Of a stretch of 32,000 bases of DNA, positions 1-9,717 are shown one piece after another. The stretch is from Acaryochloris marina S15. Its GTDB lineage: Bacteria; Cyanobacteriota; Cyanobacteriia; Thermosynechococcales; Thermosynechococcaceae. The notes below the pieces were generated by a model. That model was not told where the DNA came from. It searched no databases and saw only the letters and a program-made list of their open reading frames with translations. Both the position numbers and the translations under genes were made by a program. The number at the start of each line of letters is the position of its first letter. Within the stretch, counting starts at the first letter, position 1. The stretch lies in contig NZ_CP064923.1 of assembly GCF_018336915.1 (NCBI RefSeq), positions 810,001 through 842,000 of the forward strand, read 5' to 3'.

Positions 1-168
1 CAGCTTCAACGTCTACCTCGGAATAGCGCGCCAACCCGCTTGCGCAATCGTTGCTGGGTAACTGGACGCTCTCGGGGCTACTATCGAGATTTCGGCTTAT
101 CTCGACATGTATTGCGAGAAATGGCCCACGAAGGTTTATTGCCAGGCGTTACCAAGTCCAGCTGGTAA
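1..168 (+). CDS. rpsN: 30S ribosomal protein S14, C-terminal fragment (5' end lies outside the window)
   Basis: Frame 1 reads ...[43 protein letters not shown], then TAA at 166-168. This is the conserved S14 C-terminus. It is missing from the ORF track because the window edge truncates it. Confidence 0.85.
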   Translation, partial: QLQRLPRNSAPTRLRNRCWVTGRSRGYYRDFGLSRHVLREMAHEGLLPGVTKSSW

Positions 169-212
169 AAAGCAACGCGCTACCCAGCGTTTCATTGGTA
201 ACGATTAAGCAA

Positions 213-250
213 CAGCTTCTCTGAAGTTAATAAGAGAAGCTGCTTTCGCT
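213..250 (+). terminator. Candidate rho-independent terminator after rpsN
   Basis: 9 bp perfect stem CAGCTTCTC (213-221) / GAGAAGCTG (234-242) with a 12 nt loop, followed by the T-rich CTTTCGCTT. It lies 45 nt after the rpsN stop. Confidence 0.4.
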
Positions 251-314
251 TGTCTAAATTTAGGATGATAGATGGCAGGCAATACCGTCTAGTCTGACTA
301 AAGAACTCTAACGA

Positions 315-647
315 TTATGATTGTCCGCAGCAGGTATCAATGCCTAAACTATTGAGTAGCAAGTCGCTCACCGCATTGGCAACTGCAAATTCGCTATAAA
401 AGCTTTTAGAGAAATCAAATCCTTGCATTTCAGTCAAAATCGCGATTAGCAAGGAGCCCAAATCATTTTCGCCTTCCATCCGTTGTCGTAAGTAAACAGA
501 GGCAGCTCGCTCGGCGATTTTATTGTTAACGACTTCAGGCAAGAACTCCCGATCGAGCCATGCATGCAGTGCTTGCCGTAACCATTGGGCTTCTTGTTCG
601 GGACTGCTACAAGGCGGTAGGGTTACAGCTGGGATAGGCTCAATCAT
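315..647 (-). CDS. Hypothetical protein, 110 aa, family not recognised
   Basis: Intact ATG-initiated ORF with no competing ORF. It sits in a compact minus-strand run with the next two genes. I recognise no motif. Confidence 0.55.
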   Translation of the reverse strand: MIEPIPAVTLPPCSSPEQEAQWLRQALHAWLDREFLPEVVNNKIAERAASVYLRQRMEGENDLGSLLIAILTEMQGFDFSKSFYSEFAVANAVSDLLLNSLGIDTCCGQS

Positions 648-695
648 GATGGTTGACTAATTGCTTCTTGTATTTAATATAAGCAATTTTTCCCA

Positions 696-1340
696 CTATG
701 AAGCAGAAGTGTGCAAATGGGAGCGACCATTTTGAACGACGCGGGTCATATGTCCTAATCGATCCTCTAATTCTTTGAGAACCTGCTCTGTATATCGATC
801 AGCTTCCATTTGAATTTGCTCACATTCAGCGTGGGCCGCGTGGCGCATGGCCTCAATCTCTTGTTGAGTTTGGCGTCTAACCCGCTCTACTTCTGAAATA
901 TTACGCTGGCGCATGGTCTCAATTTCCCCTTGCACTTGCTTACGCAAATGTTGAGCTTCCATTTCAGCCTGCTGAATAATCGTAAGTTCATCCGCAATTT
1001 GGGCGGCGCGCTGTTCGGCTGACTGGATCAGTTCTTCCGCATATTGGTTAGCCCGATTGATAATATCTTCTTTATTTTGCAAGATATTTTCTGCGGATCG
1101 AATCGTATCCGGGATGCTTCTCTCTACGGCTAATAGCTGTGACAAGAGTTGTTCTTCATCCACCACCGTACGACGAGTTAACGGCATTTTTAAGCCGTCC
1201 AGGACAATAATTTCTTCTAATCGTTGCAGCTGCTGCTGCAACTCTAATCCTTGAGATTGATGAGCCGCTAGTCCGTGGGTGGTGTAATCGGTGCCGTTGG
1301 CGGTGGTATCGACACTGAAGGCGGAGTCTTGGTGAAGCAT
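696..1340 (-). CDS. Coiled-coil protein, DivIVA / ATP-synthase-b-like (possibly Cdv3-like)
   Basis: 214 aa. There is a long heptad-like Q/E/R-rich helix ([47 protein letters not shown]...), preceded by [26 protein letters not shown]. The ATG at 1338-1340 overlaps the coaD 3' end by 73 nt, so the start is uncertain. Confidence 0.55.
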   Translation of the reverse strand: MLHQDSAFSVDTTANGTDYTTHGLAAHQSQGLELQQQLQRLEEIIVLDGLKMPLTRRTVVDEEQLLSQLLAVERSIPDTIRSAENILQNKEDIINRANQYAEELIQSAEQRAAQIADELTIIQQAEMEAQHLRKQVQGEIETMRQRNISEVERVRRQTQQEIEAMRHAAHAECEQIQMEADRYTEQVLKELEDRLGHMTRVVQNGRSHLHTSAS

Positions 1341-1801
1341 TCTTCTAACTCAATGGCAACGTTTTCAGGAACAAGATGAGCAACTGATCCACCAAACTTA
1401 GCAATCTCTTTGACTAAGCTACTGCTGAGAAAACTATATTCGTTGGAGGTGGCCAGAAACACGGTTTCGATATGGGGAGATAAGGTGTGGTTGGTATGAG
1501 CCATTTGCAGCTCATACTCGAAATCGGATAACGCTCTCAGACCCCGCAATAACACCTGAGCTTTCCGCTTTTGCGTATAAGTCACTGTTAGTGTATCAAA
1601 TGTGTCAAGCTCTAAATTGTTAAGGTGCTGGGTACAGGTTTGAATTTGCTGAAGGCGTTGTTGAACCGAAAACAAAGGTGCTTTGTTGGGATTGCGAGCT
1701 ACGGCAACAATGACTGATCCAAACAAGTTGCATCCTCGCTCAATAATGTCGAGATGCCCTAAAGTAATGGGGTCAAAACTGCCAGGATAGACTGCAATCA
1801 T
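1268..1801 (-). CDS. coaD: Phosphopantetheine adenylyltransferase
   Basis: N-terminus [23 protein letters not shown] carries the nucleotidyltransferase T/HxGH signature typical of CoaD. The 177 aa protein has an atypical Pro-rich C-terminal tail. Confidence 0.9.
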   Translation of the reverse strand: MIAVYPGSFDPITLGHLDIIERGCNLFGSVIVAVARNPNKAPLFSVQQRLQQIQTCTQHLNNLELDTFDTLTVTYTQKRKAQVLLRGLRALSDFEYELQMAHTNHTLSPHIETVFLATSNEYSFLSSSLVKEIAKFGGSVAHLVPENVAIELEECFTKTPPSVSIPPPTAPITPPTD

Positions 1802-1989
1802 ATTTTGGGTGTTTGGTTGAGGCGATTATAGTCTAATCTCTCCAACTTTGAGATCCTAAAAACAAAAAAGATGCTAATGTTTTTTTTCATTTGCTTCTGA
1901 TTAATCTAGAGACTTGTGGGTCTCTAGTCCTTGCTATTCTCTCTCCGTATTCTTTGAGTCTATTTTTTTAGTTAGAAAGCTTCTGGATC

Positions 1990-3504
1990 ATGCCCCTGCA
2001 AATTTACAACACCCTGAGTCGAACCAAAGAGCCATTTACAACCCTCGAATCTGGCAAAGTGCAATTCTATTGCTGTGGTGTGACAGTCTATGACTATTGC
2101 CATTTGGGCCATGCTCGGTCTTACATTGTCTGGGATATTGTTCGGCGCTATCTACAGTGGCGGGGATATGACGTTACCTATGTCCAGAACTACACCGATA
2201 TTGACGACAAAATTCTCAAGCGGGCGGCGCAAACAGATCAAGATTGGCAGGTTGTCACCCAAACTTTTATTCAAGCTTATGAAGAGGATATGGCTCGCCT
2301 CAATATCTTGGCAGCAGATGCTTATCCCAAGGCCACTGAATCGATACCGGCGATCGTTGACCTGATCCAAGAACTCGAAACCAAGGGGGTGGCTTATGCT
2401 GCTCAAGGAGATGTCTATTTTGCTGTCGAAAAGTTTCCAGGTTATGGCCAACTCTCTGGACGACTGCTAGATCAGATGGAAGCGGGGGCCAGCGGACGAG
2501 TTGAACAACCCAAGCAAGCTGAACAAAAGAAACGTCATCCCCTTGATTTCGCTCTGTGGAAAGCGGTTAAGCCTGGAGAGCCTAGTTGGGATTCTCCCTG
2601 GGGACCGGGGCGTCCAGGATGGCATATTGAATGCTCGGCCATGGTGAATCAATGCTTAGGCACTGAAATTGACATTCATGCCGGTGGCTCAGATTTGGTC
2701 TTCCCCCACCATGAGAATGAGATTGCCCAATCGGAAGCAGCCCTGACGTCCCGACTGGCCCGCTACTGGATGCATAACGGGTTTGTGAATGTCGGGGGGG
2801 AAAAGATGTCTAAGTCCCTGGGGAACTTCACGACCATTCGTCAGCTCTTGGACACCCCCTTGCCTATTTTGTCGGGGCAAACCCTCAATCCGATGGCTTT
2901 GAGACTGTTTGTCTTGCAGGCCCAGTATCGCAAACCGATAGATTTTACGGATGATGCGATCGCAGCCGCGCAGCAAAGTTGGCAAACTCTAAAAGAAGGA
3001 CTGCTCTTTGGCTATGACTATGGAGCTCAGTTGCAGTGGTCAGACTATAACGATCCAGATTTTGGCAATCCCGCTAATATGCGGATGCCAGATCCCAGCG
3101 TTGCAGTACAGCGGTTTCAATTAGCCATGGATGACGACTTTAATTCACCGAGTGGATTAGTCGTCTTATTCGAACTCGCCAAGGATTTGCGCAAAGCCGG
3201 CAATATTCTCAGCCATCAAGGAGAAACGTCTACCACGAGTGATCAGCTCAGGGAGCAGTGGCAAACCTTAGTCTGTTTATCCCAGGTATTAGGGCTAGAG
3301 GCTCAGCCTGACTCAGATGCAGACCCTTCAGGCCTTGAGGGTGGCCTTAGTGAGCAAGCCATCGAAGCCTTGATTGAGGAACGAAAAGCGGCTCGCCTAG
3401 CCAAGAATTATGCAGAAAGCGATCGTATTCGGGATCAGCTTAAAGCAGAGGGCATTACCTTGATCGATCAGGCCGGCGGGGTCACTCGGTGGCTGCGGGA
3501 ATAG
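1990..3504 (+). CDS. cysS: Cysteine--tRNA ligase
   Basis: Class I aaRS motifs are present: HLGH (CHLGHARSY) and KMSKS. The WHIECS zinc/cysteine-binding segment is also there. 504 aa. Confidence 0.95.
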   Translation: MPLQIYNTLSRTKEPFTTLESGKVQFYCCGVTVYDYCHLGHARSYIVWDIVRRYLQWRGYDVTYVQNYTDIDDKILKRAAQTDQDWQVVTQTFIQAYEEDMARLNILAADAYPKATESIPAIVDLIQELETKGVAYAAQGDVYFAVEKFPGYGQLSGRLLDQMEAGASGRVEQPKQAEQKKRHPLDFALWKAVKPGEPSWDSPWGPGRPGWHIECSAMVNQCLGTEIDIHAGGSDLVFPHHENEIAQSEAALTSRLARYWMHNGFVNVGGEKMSKSLGNFTTIRQLLDTPLPILSGQTLNPMALRLFVLQAQYRKPIDFTDDAIAAAQQSWQTLKEGLLFGYDYGAQLQWSDYNDPDFGNPANMRMPDPSVAVQRFQLAMDDDFNSPSGLVVLFELAKDLRKAGNILSHQGETSTTSDQLREQWQTLVCLSQVLGLEAQPDSDADPSGLEGGLSEQAIEALIEERKAARLAKNYAESDRIRDQLKAEGITLIDQAGGVTRWLRE

Positions 3505-3508
3505 GTCC

Positions 3509-4459
3509 TTATCTCTTGGGCTTAGTGCTAATGATGGTGCGGTGGCGTGGATCGCTTGCCGTGGTGACGGTCTGTTTAAAGCCAGCTGCTTCTAACGCAG
3601 ACTCCACATCAAAGGTGTAGTAGTCATCACTCCAGGGCTCTGTGCTTTTCATCAACGTGAACAGTGCAGGCGGTAAATTTTGGATCACGGGGGATTTGGG
3701 GTCGTTGTCTACGAGTGCTAGGCATCCCCCGGGTCGCAGAATTCGCAGCGCCTCTGCAAAAATTTGCTGGGTAATCTCCCGAGGCAGTTCGTGAATCACA
3801 AATTGGAGGGTCACTAGATCTAGCGCGGCATCGGGCAGACCCGTCTCTTCGGCTTTGCCATGGTGCCAATTGATCTCTTGGTTCACATCTCGCTTGTGGG
3901 CGATGGCTAGCATATAGGGGGAGAGATCAAGGCCAGTGGTGTGTACCGCATGAGCTTGAGTGGACTGGTAGTAGTGATGGAGGGCAAAAGATGAAATTCC
4001 CACGGAACAGCCGACATCTAAAATATCAGTCACTTGGGCGGGACCATGGTCGGCCAGTACTTGGTGAAAACTAGACCGTAACCGTTCTTGGGCCAGCTCC
4101 CAAGTCAGATCCTCTTGGGGCCAAACCCGTAACGCCATGGCATAGGTTGCTGATTCGGCTTCAAAGGCAGCGGGCCAGCATAAATTACCTTGTTCATAGG
4201 CATGAAAAGGGACTTGATAATAGTCGGGATAGACCAGATTCGGATTGTTCGTCCGATCAAAGAACTCTTGGGTATGTGAGGCTGCTAAAGCTTGGTAGTT
4301 TTGGCGCCAAGGCACCCCATTTTTCTCGGCAGTCTTAATGAGAACTTGTCTGGCTTGCCGTTTCATCACGGCATAAATTGGCTTGGTTTGAATCAGGAGA
4401 TTGACCAATTTTGAGAGCCAATCTTCTCCGGCCCAGTCCGGCTTAAGCTTAAGAGTCAT
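3509..4459 (-). CDS. Class I SAM-dependent methyltransferase
   Basis: Motif I ILDVGCSVG, motif post-I LDLSPYML and the later LRPGGCLALVD fit a Rossmann-fold methyltransferase. The substrate is unknown. Confidence 0.8.
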   Translation of the reverse strand: MTLKLKPDWAGEDWLSKLVNLLIQTKPIYAVMKRQARQVLIKTAEKNGVPWRQNYQALAASHTQEFFDRTNNPNLVYPDYYQVPFHAYEQGNLCWPAAFEAESATYAMALRVWPQEDLTWELAQERLRSSFHQVLADHGPAQVTDILDVGCSVGISSFALHHYYQSTQAHAVHTTGLDLSPYMLAIAHKRDVNQEINWHHGKAEETGLPDAALDLVTLQFVIHELPREITQQIFAEALRILRPGGCLALVDNDPKSPVIQNLPPALFTLMKSTEPWSDDYYTFDVESALEAAGFKQTVTTASDPRHRTIISTKPKR

Positions 4460-4946
4460 ATCAAGAAGTGCAGAGGGCTTGGAATCTCATTGTAAAAGGG
4501 GAGCGTCCCCTCTTTATCAGATACCAGGGATAAAGTGCTGATTGGACGGGGCTGAGGTGACGTTAATTTATGAATATCACTGATATTTTTTTAAAACGAA
4601 AAAATGATTTTTTTGACGATGATCTGGGAATGCTCTGTATTAGCGTGTCCCCAATGTGAATGATTCAACACTCCCAAAATTATGAGGTTAGAATCATTCT
4701 TGTAAGCTTTAAGAAATTGACCTGATGACATTTTGGCACTGTCCTTATTTTCCGATTTTCATCTAGAAAATTTGGAAAATCCGCCACTGCTGTTAAGTCC
4801 GGTATTATCACGATTAGTGAAAAATCGTAAAATCAGGCATATATAGAAGAATATAAGCGTAAAATCGCTTATAGATTCTCGTAGTTCGCGACCGTCTTGC
4901 CTTGACTATCCCCATTTCATAAATTCTCGTTTTCTCACTGTTACTG

Positions 4947-7553
4947 ATGCCTGCCAGAACGCTTGTGCAAGATACCACTCAGCTCGGCGTGAATGTGATT
5001 CCAGGAGATATCACATCACCTACGCTTAGAGAAACTCGAAGTCATCCTCCACAAACCGGACAGTCTGGTTCTAGTTCGCCCGCGACAAGAGTCAGTCGCG
5101 CTCATCATCTATTGGTGATCAAAACAGGTGACCATCAGCAAACCGTTGTATTAGAAGCTGCAACCTATTCGATTGGACGCCATCCCGCCAATTCCATTGT
5201 GTTGAATATGGGCACCGTCTCCCGCCAACATGCGCTACTGCTACGAATTCATGAACCGAAAACGGGAAATCATTTCTTTCGAGTGATTGATGGCAATATT
5301 CAGGGTCGGCGTAGCCGTAATGGTCTATGGATCAATGGGAAGCGCCGATTTTCCCATGATCTCAAGGATCAAGAAATCATCTCTTTCGGGGAGGATATTC
5401 AAGCCACTTATCACCTAGTAACGGGTTTTCCAGATGAGTATGAACTAGATGATTTACTCGCGATCAATTCTTCGGAATCTCCTACTCCTTCGTCTTCGAA
5501 TACTCAGACCTTTTTCCCCTCTGATACAGAATTACGAAATTTAGGAGAAGCTGCTCTCGTTCGCCTCTCGTCGTTCCCTGAGTTAATGCCTCATCCCATC
5601 ATTGAAACGGATTTTAGTGGCAGCATCACGTATATCAATCCGGCGGCGGTGGCTCAATTCCCCGATATTTTAGAGTCCAACCAGCATCCGCTGTTGCAAG
5701 GTTTCTTAGCTGAAGTCAAGAAAGCGCAAAATACCTACTTTGTGCGGGAAGTACATGTTTGCGATCGCGTCTTCGAACAATCCATTCACTGCATGCCGGA
5801 AAGTCAGGTCATTCGCAGTTATCTGGTCGATATTACCCAGCGCAAACGGGCCGAGCAAGTCCTGCGGGAAAGCGAAGAACGCTATGCTGCTGCGGCTCGG
5901 GGGGCCAATGATGGTCTCTGGGATTGGCACTTGCGATCCAATCGGGTGTATTTTTCGCCCCGCTGGAAATCGATGATTGGCTATGAAGAAGATGAAATTA
6001 GCGATCGCTGTGAAGAATGGCTCGATCGGCTTCACCCCAGCGATCGCGATCGTCTGAAGCAAGAATTATCGATGCACCTGAATGGTGAAACCAATCACTT
6101 TCAAAGTGAATTTCGCTTGCGTCATAAAAATGGGGAGTATCGCTGGTTTCGCAGCCGGGGGATGGCCTTGCGCGATGCCGAACAACAGCCCTACCGCATT
6201 GCTGGTTCCCAGACGGACATCACCGAATATCACTTGGCCCGGGAACAACTGGTCCATGATGCCCTCCATGATGCCTTAACCGGCTTACCCAACCGGGTGT
6301 TATTCATGGATCGTCTCACCCAGGCCATTAAGCAATATCAGCGCCATCCTGACGATCAGTTTGCCATCTTGTTTTTGGACTTAGATCGGTTCAAAATCAT
6401 CAACGATAGTCTGGGTCATATGATTGGCGATCGGCTACTGATCGAAGTCGGTAACCGGCTGCAGTCTTGTCTGAGAGACCAAGATACCGTTGCTCGCATC
6501 GGCGGCGATGAATTCGTGATTTTGTTGAACACCATCCAGAATATGGATCAGGTTCTCCAGACGGCTGAACGAATTCAGCAACAGTTAAAGCAGGCTTTTG
6601 CCATTGAAGGCCATGAAATTTTTACGGGCACCAGTATTGGGATTGCCCTGATCAGCCCCGAATACCAACATGCGGAAGAGCTGCTGCGAGATGCCGATAC
6701 CGCCATGTACCGGGCCAAAAACCTAGGTAAAAATAGGTATGAAATCTTTAGTAGCAGCATGCGATCGCAAGTGCTAGCCCTCTCTCAACTTGAGAATGAT
6801 CTGCGGCGAGCGATTGATCGGCAAGAGTTCCAACTGTTCTATCAGCCGATTGTATCTTTAGACACCCACGACCTGGTGGGGTTAGAAGCCTTGGTGCGTT
6901 GGCATCATCCGGAACGCGGCTTGATCTTGCCCTCGGAATTTGTGCCGATGGCGGAAGAAGCAGGTCTGATTATTCCGTTGGGCTGGTGGGTACTGGCCCA
7001 AGCCTGCCGTCAAATGCAGCTATGGCAACAGCATTACAGCTTGGCCCAAGATCTACAGCTCAATGTTAATATTTCGAGTCGGCAATTTTCTCAACCCAAC
7101 TTTGTCAACGATATTCATGCTGTTTTAGAAGACACGAATTTACCGTGCCATCGCCTTAAGCTGGAGATTACCGAAGGGGTACTGATGGATCATGCTTCAG
7201 ATGTGGCCGATAAGCTAGATGCCATTAAGACATTAGGTATCAAGTTGGGGATTGATGACTTTGGCACTGGCTATTCTTCCTTAAACTATCTGAATGCGTT
7301 CCCAGTGGATACCCTCAAAATTGATCGCTCATTTGTGGAGCGCATGAATTCCGAAGAAGGGTTTGAGATTGTTAAAACCATTGTCAACCTTGCCCATAAC
7401 CTCCATATGGATGTGGTTGCTGAAGGGGTTGAGCTTGAGGAGCAAGCCGAGGAACTCACCCAAATGAAGTGTGAATATGCCCAAGGATATTTATTCTCAG
7501 AACCCACGGATACAGTGGGGATGGAGAAATTTCTCCTCAACTATTGCAACTAG
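4947..7553 (+). CDS. Multidomain c-di-GMP signalling protein: FHA - PAS - PAS - GGDEF - EAL
   Basis: FHA signatures are YSIGR...VSRQHA...NGLWINGK (aa ~70-150). PAS-like segments follow (ERYAAAARGANDGLWDWHL..., HKNGEYRWF). The GGDEF motif is intact, with RDQD (RxxD I-site) 5 residues upstream. The EAL domain has EALVRW, DDFGTGYSS, KIDRSF and EGVE. Confidence 0.9.
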   Translation: MPARTLVQDTTQLGVNVIPGDITSPTLRETRSHPPQTGQSGSSSPATRVSRAHHLLVIKTGDHQQTVVLEAATYSIGRHPANSIVLNMGTVSRQHALLLRIHEPKTGNHFFRVIDGNIQGRRSRNGLWINGKRRFSHDLKDQEIISFGEDIQATYHLVTGFPDEYELDDLLAINSSESPTPSSSNTQTFFPSDTELRNLGEAALVRLSSFPELMPHPIIETDFSGSITYINPAAVAQFPDILESNQHPLLQGFLAEVKKAQNTYFVREVHVCDRVFEQSIHCMPESQVIRSYLVDITQRKRAEQVLRESEERYAAAARGANDGLWDWHLRSNRVYFSPRWKSMIGYEEDEISDRCEEWLDRLHPSDRDRLKQELSMHLNGETNHFQSEFRLRHKNGEYRWFRSRGMALRDAEQQPYRIAGSQTDITEYHLAREQLVHDALHDALTGLPNRVLFMDRLTQAIKQYQRHPDDQFAILFLDLDRFKIINDSLGHMIGDRLLIEVGNRLQSCLRDQDTVARIGGDEFVILLNTIQNMDQVLQTAERIQQQLKQAFAIEGHEIFTGTSIGIALISPEYQHAEELLRDADTAMYRAKNLGKNRYEIFSSSMRSQVLALSQLENDLRRAIDRQEFQLFYQPIVSLDTHDLVGLEALVRWHHPERGLILPSEFVPMAEEAGLIIPLGWWVLAQACRQMQLWQQHYSLAQDLQLNVNISSRQFSQPNFVNDIHAVLEDTNLPCHRLKLEITEGVLMDHASDVADKLDAIKTLGIKLGIDDFGTGYSSLNYLNAFPVDTLKIDRSFVERMNSEEGFEIVKTIVNLAHNLHMDVVAEGVELEEQAEELTQMKCEYAQGYLFSEPTDTVGMEKFLLNYCN

Positions 7554-7556
7554 CCA

Positions 7557-8465
7557 TCACTTTTGGAGGGATTGCAAATAAGGTTGGGGGTCATGGGCCA
7601 CCCAGCCCAGGCTAGAACGGTAACGTACTTCGAACCGGAGAGCCGTTTGGGGCGCAGAAGCCACTTCACCTAGCAGATGGCCTGGCTGTATATGTTGCCC
7701 CACCTTGACCTGCAAGTTCTCGAGCCGACCATAGCGTGTTTGTCGACCTTGGGTATGGCGAATAAACACCTCTTGGCCAGAGGCCCCTCGTTCCCCGGCA
7801 AAAACAACTGTACCTGAGCTGACGGCATATACAGGGGTACCAGACGTTGCTTGCAAATCGACGCCGCTGTAGAACTGCATTTTGCGGGTCTCTGGATTGA
7901 CACGCCAGCCATAAGTCCCTAAAACAGACGCAGGCTGTGGTAACGGATAGCGATCTCGTCCCGTTACCGATCGAGGAGATTGGAAGGTGTTGCCCACAGA
8001 CTGGAGCGGGGCAATCCCTGTGGGGCGGGAGTTCACCCTTGGAGACCAGGTGATACCCGGCACAAACGCGACCTTAGGTGAGGTCTGACAACCATTCACT
8101 TCAAACAAGACCTCTGGGCTGATGCGGTAGGCTTTCGCTACGGCTTGCAAGGTTTGGCCAGCCGGAATAGCGACCAAAATGCCGTTATAGGGCGGCACCA
8201 CTAAGTTCATGCCTGCCCTGGCTCGTCCTTGCCTTAGTTTAGGATTCATGCCCTTGAGGGTTGCAGTGGACAGGCCATATTGCTGGGCGATGCTGGCCAA
8301 GGTTTCGCCCGACTTTACTGAATGTCGCACTAACCGAGACAGGACAGACGCAGGACATAGTCGGGAGGGGGCCGACTGGGCATGGGCCATCAGGTGACCG
8401 CCCGCCACGCTGCCTAAGGTCCAAGGTATGATTGCAAACAGATGGCGAAAGTTGAATTTGGCCAT
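7557..8465 (-). CDS. LysM-domain M23 family peptidase (murein endopeptidase-like)
   Basis: Two LysM-like repeats (VKSGETLASIAQQYGLSTATLKGMNP; GQTLQAVAKAYRISPEVLFEVNG) plus an M23 core (GVDLQATSGTPVYAVSSGTVVFAG...IRH). I prefer the ATG at 8465 (MAKFNFRHLFAIIPW..., signal-like) over the GTG at 8507 used in the ORF track. Confidence 0.85.
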   Translation of the reverse strand: MAKFNFRHLFAIIPWTLGSVAGGHLMAHAQSAPSRLCPASVLSRLVRHSVKSGETLASIAQQYGLSTATLKGMNPKLRQGRARAGMNLVVPPYNGILVAIPAGQTLQAVAKAYRISPEVLFEVNGCQTSPKVAFVPGITWSPRVNSRPTGIAPLQSVGNTFQSPRSVTGRDRYPLPQPASVLGTYGWRVNPETRKMQFYSGVDLQATSGTPVYAVSSGTVVFAGERGASGQEVFIRHTQGRQTRYGRLENLQVKVGQHIQPGHLLGEVASAPQTALRFEVRYRSSLGWVAHDPQPYLQSLQK

Positions 8466-8518
8466 AATACCCAATTGCTCCCAGGTTAGAGTGGAGTAAA
8501 GAATCACGATAACGCTGA

Positions 8519-9706
8519 ATGCGCCCTAGTTTTACGATAATGCAGCGATCCCGCAAACATCTAGTTTTTTCTCTTTTAGTTGGAAGTGCGCTGCTCCAGA
8601 CCGGCTGTCAAAGTTGGTTTAATCGAGGGTCTGATACCGCTGAGAGCCCACAAAGTACCCCCGAAATTCCAGTCACTGAAATTGCCAATCGCTCCCAGAT
8701 TAGCTCTAATTTGATCGTCAAAATGGTGGATCAAGTCGGTCCTTCTGTGGTGCGTATTAATGCGGCCCGGAGTTCAAAAGGGTCCCTCGGCCTATTTGAG
8801 CGCTCTGATCGCTCCCTAGAGCAGGGCACGGGGTCAGGATTTATCTTTGATGAAAAAGGATTGGTTTTAACCAATGCCCATGTCGTTGAAGATGCCGATG
8901 AGGTGACGGTGGTGCTCAAGGACGGACAGCAGTTTCCTGGCACCGTGGAAGGGGCTGATCCCCTCACCGATATTGCCGTGATTAAGATAGAGGCCAAGGA
9001 GTCCTTGCCTGCCCTTGAACTCGGGGATTCAGATACGTTACAACCCGGAGATTGGGCGATTGCCATTGGTAATCCCTTGGGGCTGAACAACACGGTGACC
9101 ATGGGAATTATTAGCGCCACAGATCGGTCTAGCTCTCAACTAGGAGCACCAGACCAGCGGGTTAACTTTATCCAAACGGATGCTGCGATTAATCCTGGGA
9201 ATTCTGGAGGACCGTTGCTTAACCTCAAGGGTGAGGTGATTGGGATTAATACGGCGATTATCCGCGAGTCTCAAGAGTCGGGGATAACGGCTCAGGGGCT
9301 TGGATTTGCCATTCCTGTCAAAATTGCCGCCCGTATTAGCAAGCAATTATTAAACGAGGGGAAAGTGGCCCATCCCTACTTGGGGATTCGGATGGTGAGT
9401 CTTTCTGAAGAAACGAAGACATTGCTGAAAGATGAGATAGACTTACCCCTCCAACAAGATAAAGGGGTACTGGTGGTGGATGTATTGTCCGATTCCCCAG
9501 CTTCAGCGGCACAGTTAAAGTCTGGCGATGTGATTGTCCAAATTGGTAAAACCCCAATTGATAATACGGAGCAACTTCAGCAGCTCTTACAGTCTGTGAC
9601 TCCCGGCGATCAGTTGGCATTAACAATTATGCGCAAAAATAAGAAACAGCAAGCCCAGCTGACAGTGGGAACCCTCAAACCTCAAACCTTTTCTCGACGA
9701 TCTTAA
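8519..9706 (+). CDS. HtrA/DegP-family serine protease with C-terminal PDZ domain
   Basis: Catalytic-triad contexts are TNAHVV (His), a D in ADPLTDIAVIK, and GNSGGPL (Ser). The C-terminal PDZ-like segment is GVLVVDVLSDSPASAAQLKSGDVIVQIG. An alternative ATG at 8540 would give an N-terminal signal sequence. Confidence 0.9.
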   Translation: MRPSFTIMQRSRKHLVFSLLVGSALLQTGCQSWFNRGSDTAESPQSTPEIPVTEIANRSQISSNLIVKMVDQVGPSVVRINAARSSKGSLGLFERSDRSLEQGTGSGFIFDEKGLVLTNAHVVEDADEVTVVLKDGQQFPGTVEGADPLTDIAVIKIEAKESLPALELGDSDTLQPGDWAIAIGNPLGLNNTVTMGIISATDRSSSQLGAPDQRVNFIQTDAAINPGNSGGPLLNLKGEVIGINTAIIRESQESGITAQGLGFAIPVKIAARISKQLLNEGKVAHPYLGIRMVSLSEETKTLLKDEIDLPLQQDKGVLVVDVLSDSPASAAQLKSGDVIVQIGKTPIDNTEQLQQLLQSVTPGDQLALTIMRKNKKQQAQLTVGTLKPQTFSRRS

Positions 9707-9717
9707 GCACTGAGGCG

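Noticed and set aside
1906-1927. 8 bp hairpin CTAGAGAC/GTCTCTAG in the coaD-cysS divergent region, considered as a possible cysS leader element (T-box-like).
   Set aside because: It is far too short for a T-box. There is no specifier or T-box sequence, and no terminator/antiterminator alternative is visible.
4495-4515. Hairpin AGGGGA-GCG-TCCCCT, with T/A runs on both sides, 36 nt upstream of the methyltransferase start.
   Set aside because: The stem is only 6 bp with a 3 nt loop, which is too weak to call as a terminator or attenuator without transcript data.
4655-4670. CRP-like site TGTGA-N6-CAACA upstream of the FHA-GGDEF-EAL gene.
   Set aside because: Only 8 of 10 positions match and one half-site is poor. 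cAMP to c-di-GMP cross-talk is an attractive idea, but this sequence alone does not support it.
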